Assembly (NCBI RefSeq): GCF_018977255.1
Contig: NW_024704756.1
Coordinates: 14,446,001-14,510,000, forward strand
Direction: 5' to 3'
From: Callorhinchus milii
Taxonomy: Eukaryota
Length of the DNA stretch: 64,000 bases
The notes beneath the pieces were generated by a model. It searched no databases. It had not been told where the DNA came from and saw only the letters and a program-made list of their open reading frames with translations. Position numbers and translations under genes: made by a program. Below are positions 62,113 through 64,000 of this stretch, piece by piece. Every line of letters begins with the position of its first letter. Positions within the stretch are counted from its first letter, which is position 1.

Positions 62113-64000
62113 AGTGCTATTATTAAAAGTGATGTGCCAACGTTCTTTTCAGCTCGCAGATCGTTTCCGCCTTGCACTTGCAGCATCTTAAACCAGGTAT
62201 GGTAATTCTAAGCTTGTGACTTGGGCTTCACACACCTGCCTCGTTTCAAGCGATCTGAACTAATGCATCTTGTCAGGTGGGATTAGTGATAGATGGCTGG
62301 CGCTGATTAGTGCAGGCCTGTGGGATGGTGCGTGCAGATTGGAGTTTCAGATTTGTTCTGTTTTGAGGAATCAGTTCTCTCAGTTGTAGCTAATTATGAC
62401 AGAAGTGATGAATTTCTTGCAAGCCTCTGTTAAAATCTGCTCTTAATTATGCATAAAAGGCACCCTTCTGTGTTTTCTTTTTGATGTGAGAAGAACACTG
62501 TCTTTTTAAGTAGACTGGAATTGAAGACTCAATAGTCCCAGTGTCCAAATGCTAAAAGCCTTGCACTTCTTTCCCTCAATGTGACACAGCTCTCTTCTGT
62601 AAACCTGCCCAGTGTCCGCAATGGAACATAGACAGAAACTCCATTAGGTTTGTGAGTCATAATTGCAGAAAGATGTATTTTGTCACAGAATAATATTACA
62701 TTGGTTTCAGGGTTAACAAAGGTTTAAGTGACTGCGGTGGACAAATTGAAGCTTTAGTTTTTTCTTAAGGCATTATTTGACTTCGTTTTAATTACCGTAC
62801 TCTCAAACTTTGCAGTTTAAGTGCTTGTAACGCAGAGGATCGGCTGAGTTTTTAGCCATTTCAGAGATAATGTTGGTTGGAATTAAACATGAGGTTGTGG
62901 GTGATGGTTACCATGGTGAGGCTTGCTCAAGGAAACCAGTTCATCTGTCCGCCTCGATGCCTTCGTGTGGCTCCCAGTTGTTTTACTGGAGTCGCTGTGT
63001 CGGTCTGATAGCATCCAAAAGTTTACTGCGAGTTTGAAAGCAACAAAAAAAAGCCAAAGAATTGTACGTACCCCTGTCGCTCTCCCATTGTGTCTCTTCC
63101 TTCCACAGTATCAATCCTACTTTCCTCGAGAGATATAATACTTGAGTACAAAAACAATTACAATTTACTATGGGGCAAGAGCAGTGGGACGTGACCTGAG
63201 CAGAAGAAAGCGGAGAAGTGCAGACAACACGAGTTGAGCCCTGTCAATCTTTCTGCGCTCTTATGAGGATTTAGCCTGGGGTCAGCACTGTGTCTCTGAA
63301 AGACACGGCATCTGACAAATTACTCCAAATGCCACGGATAAACTTTAGAACGAGAGGGACCCATTTTTTTGTCTTGCCTTCAGCTATCCAGAGGAAAAAT
63401 AGTTAAGATTTTATAGGAATATGCTTCAAGGAGTCTTTTTTTNATCTCTCTCTTTGCCGGAGTGAAATTGGAAATGCTGAAATAACATTCGCAGCAATGT
63501 GTTTTCATTTCTTCACCATTTCAGATAGCTGAGAAACAACACATAAATCTGTAAAAGGCATCAGAAGAACAGCCTGAGATCAAATATTCCTCAATCAGAG
63601 TAAGTCTATTCCCTTTCAGGCACTTGATATAAGTATGCTCAAATATGGAGATTGACTCCAGGGCTTCCGTGATATTAACCATTCAGACAGTAAGAGACAA
63701 TTTCAGGCGCAAATGTTTTCCATGCATATTGATATTGGCTATTGATTGTTTTGCAGAGATTCTGAAGCGACTGCTGCTATCAGCAGAAGATCTGCTTGCG
63801 ATTGTTAACTAGAGTACGTATTGAAAGCATAAATGCCAACGTGGCTCTCCTCCGATGATTCAGCTGCTACAGCACCCACCTGGAATGACCTGAGGTGTGT
63901 GTGTGTATGAGATGTGTGTGCATATGTGTATAGAGACAACAACAACATGCACTTATATAGCGCCCTCCATGCCAGGCAGAGTCTCAGAACGCTAAGATAT

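Overview
Eukaryotic, repeat-rich, apparently non-coding (intronic or intergenic) vertebrate DNA. The repeat content points to a cartilaginous fish, plausibly a holocephalan such as the elephant shark; this is inference from recalled repeat families. I can support no host protein-coding gene, rRNA, true tRNA or CRISPR array. The only ORFs with recognisable protein motifs are decayed LINE ORF2 pieces, the clearest an L2 reverse-transcriptase fragment at 16046-16278. The window is dominated by (i) a young tRNA-Ala-derived SINE with an (ATT)n tail (5 copies with heads plus many 3' fragments), (ii) an older DeuSINE (SacSINE1/AmnSINE-like) family, (iii) L2 LINE 3' ends with (TTG)n tails and (iv) CR1 fragments. 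Unique blocks resembling conserved non-coding elements lie between them. The most interesting signals are retroposon biology: a SINE/L2 shared 3' stem-loop showing U-A, U.G and C-G covariation; an apparently chimeric SINE (tRNA head, CORE-like segment, Deu 3' half, L2 tail); an L2 inserted into a SINE A box; a Penelope-like inverted repeat with a decayed hammerhead core; and a (TTAGGG)2 patch replacing part of a SINE. Repeat boundaries were set by eye and are approximate; family names come from recalled consensus motifs, not a search.
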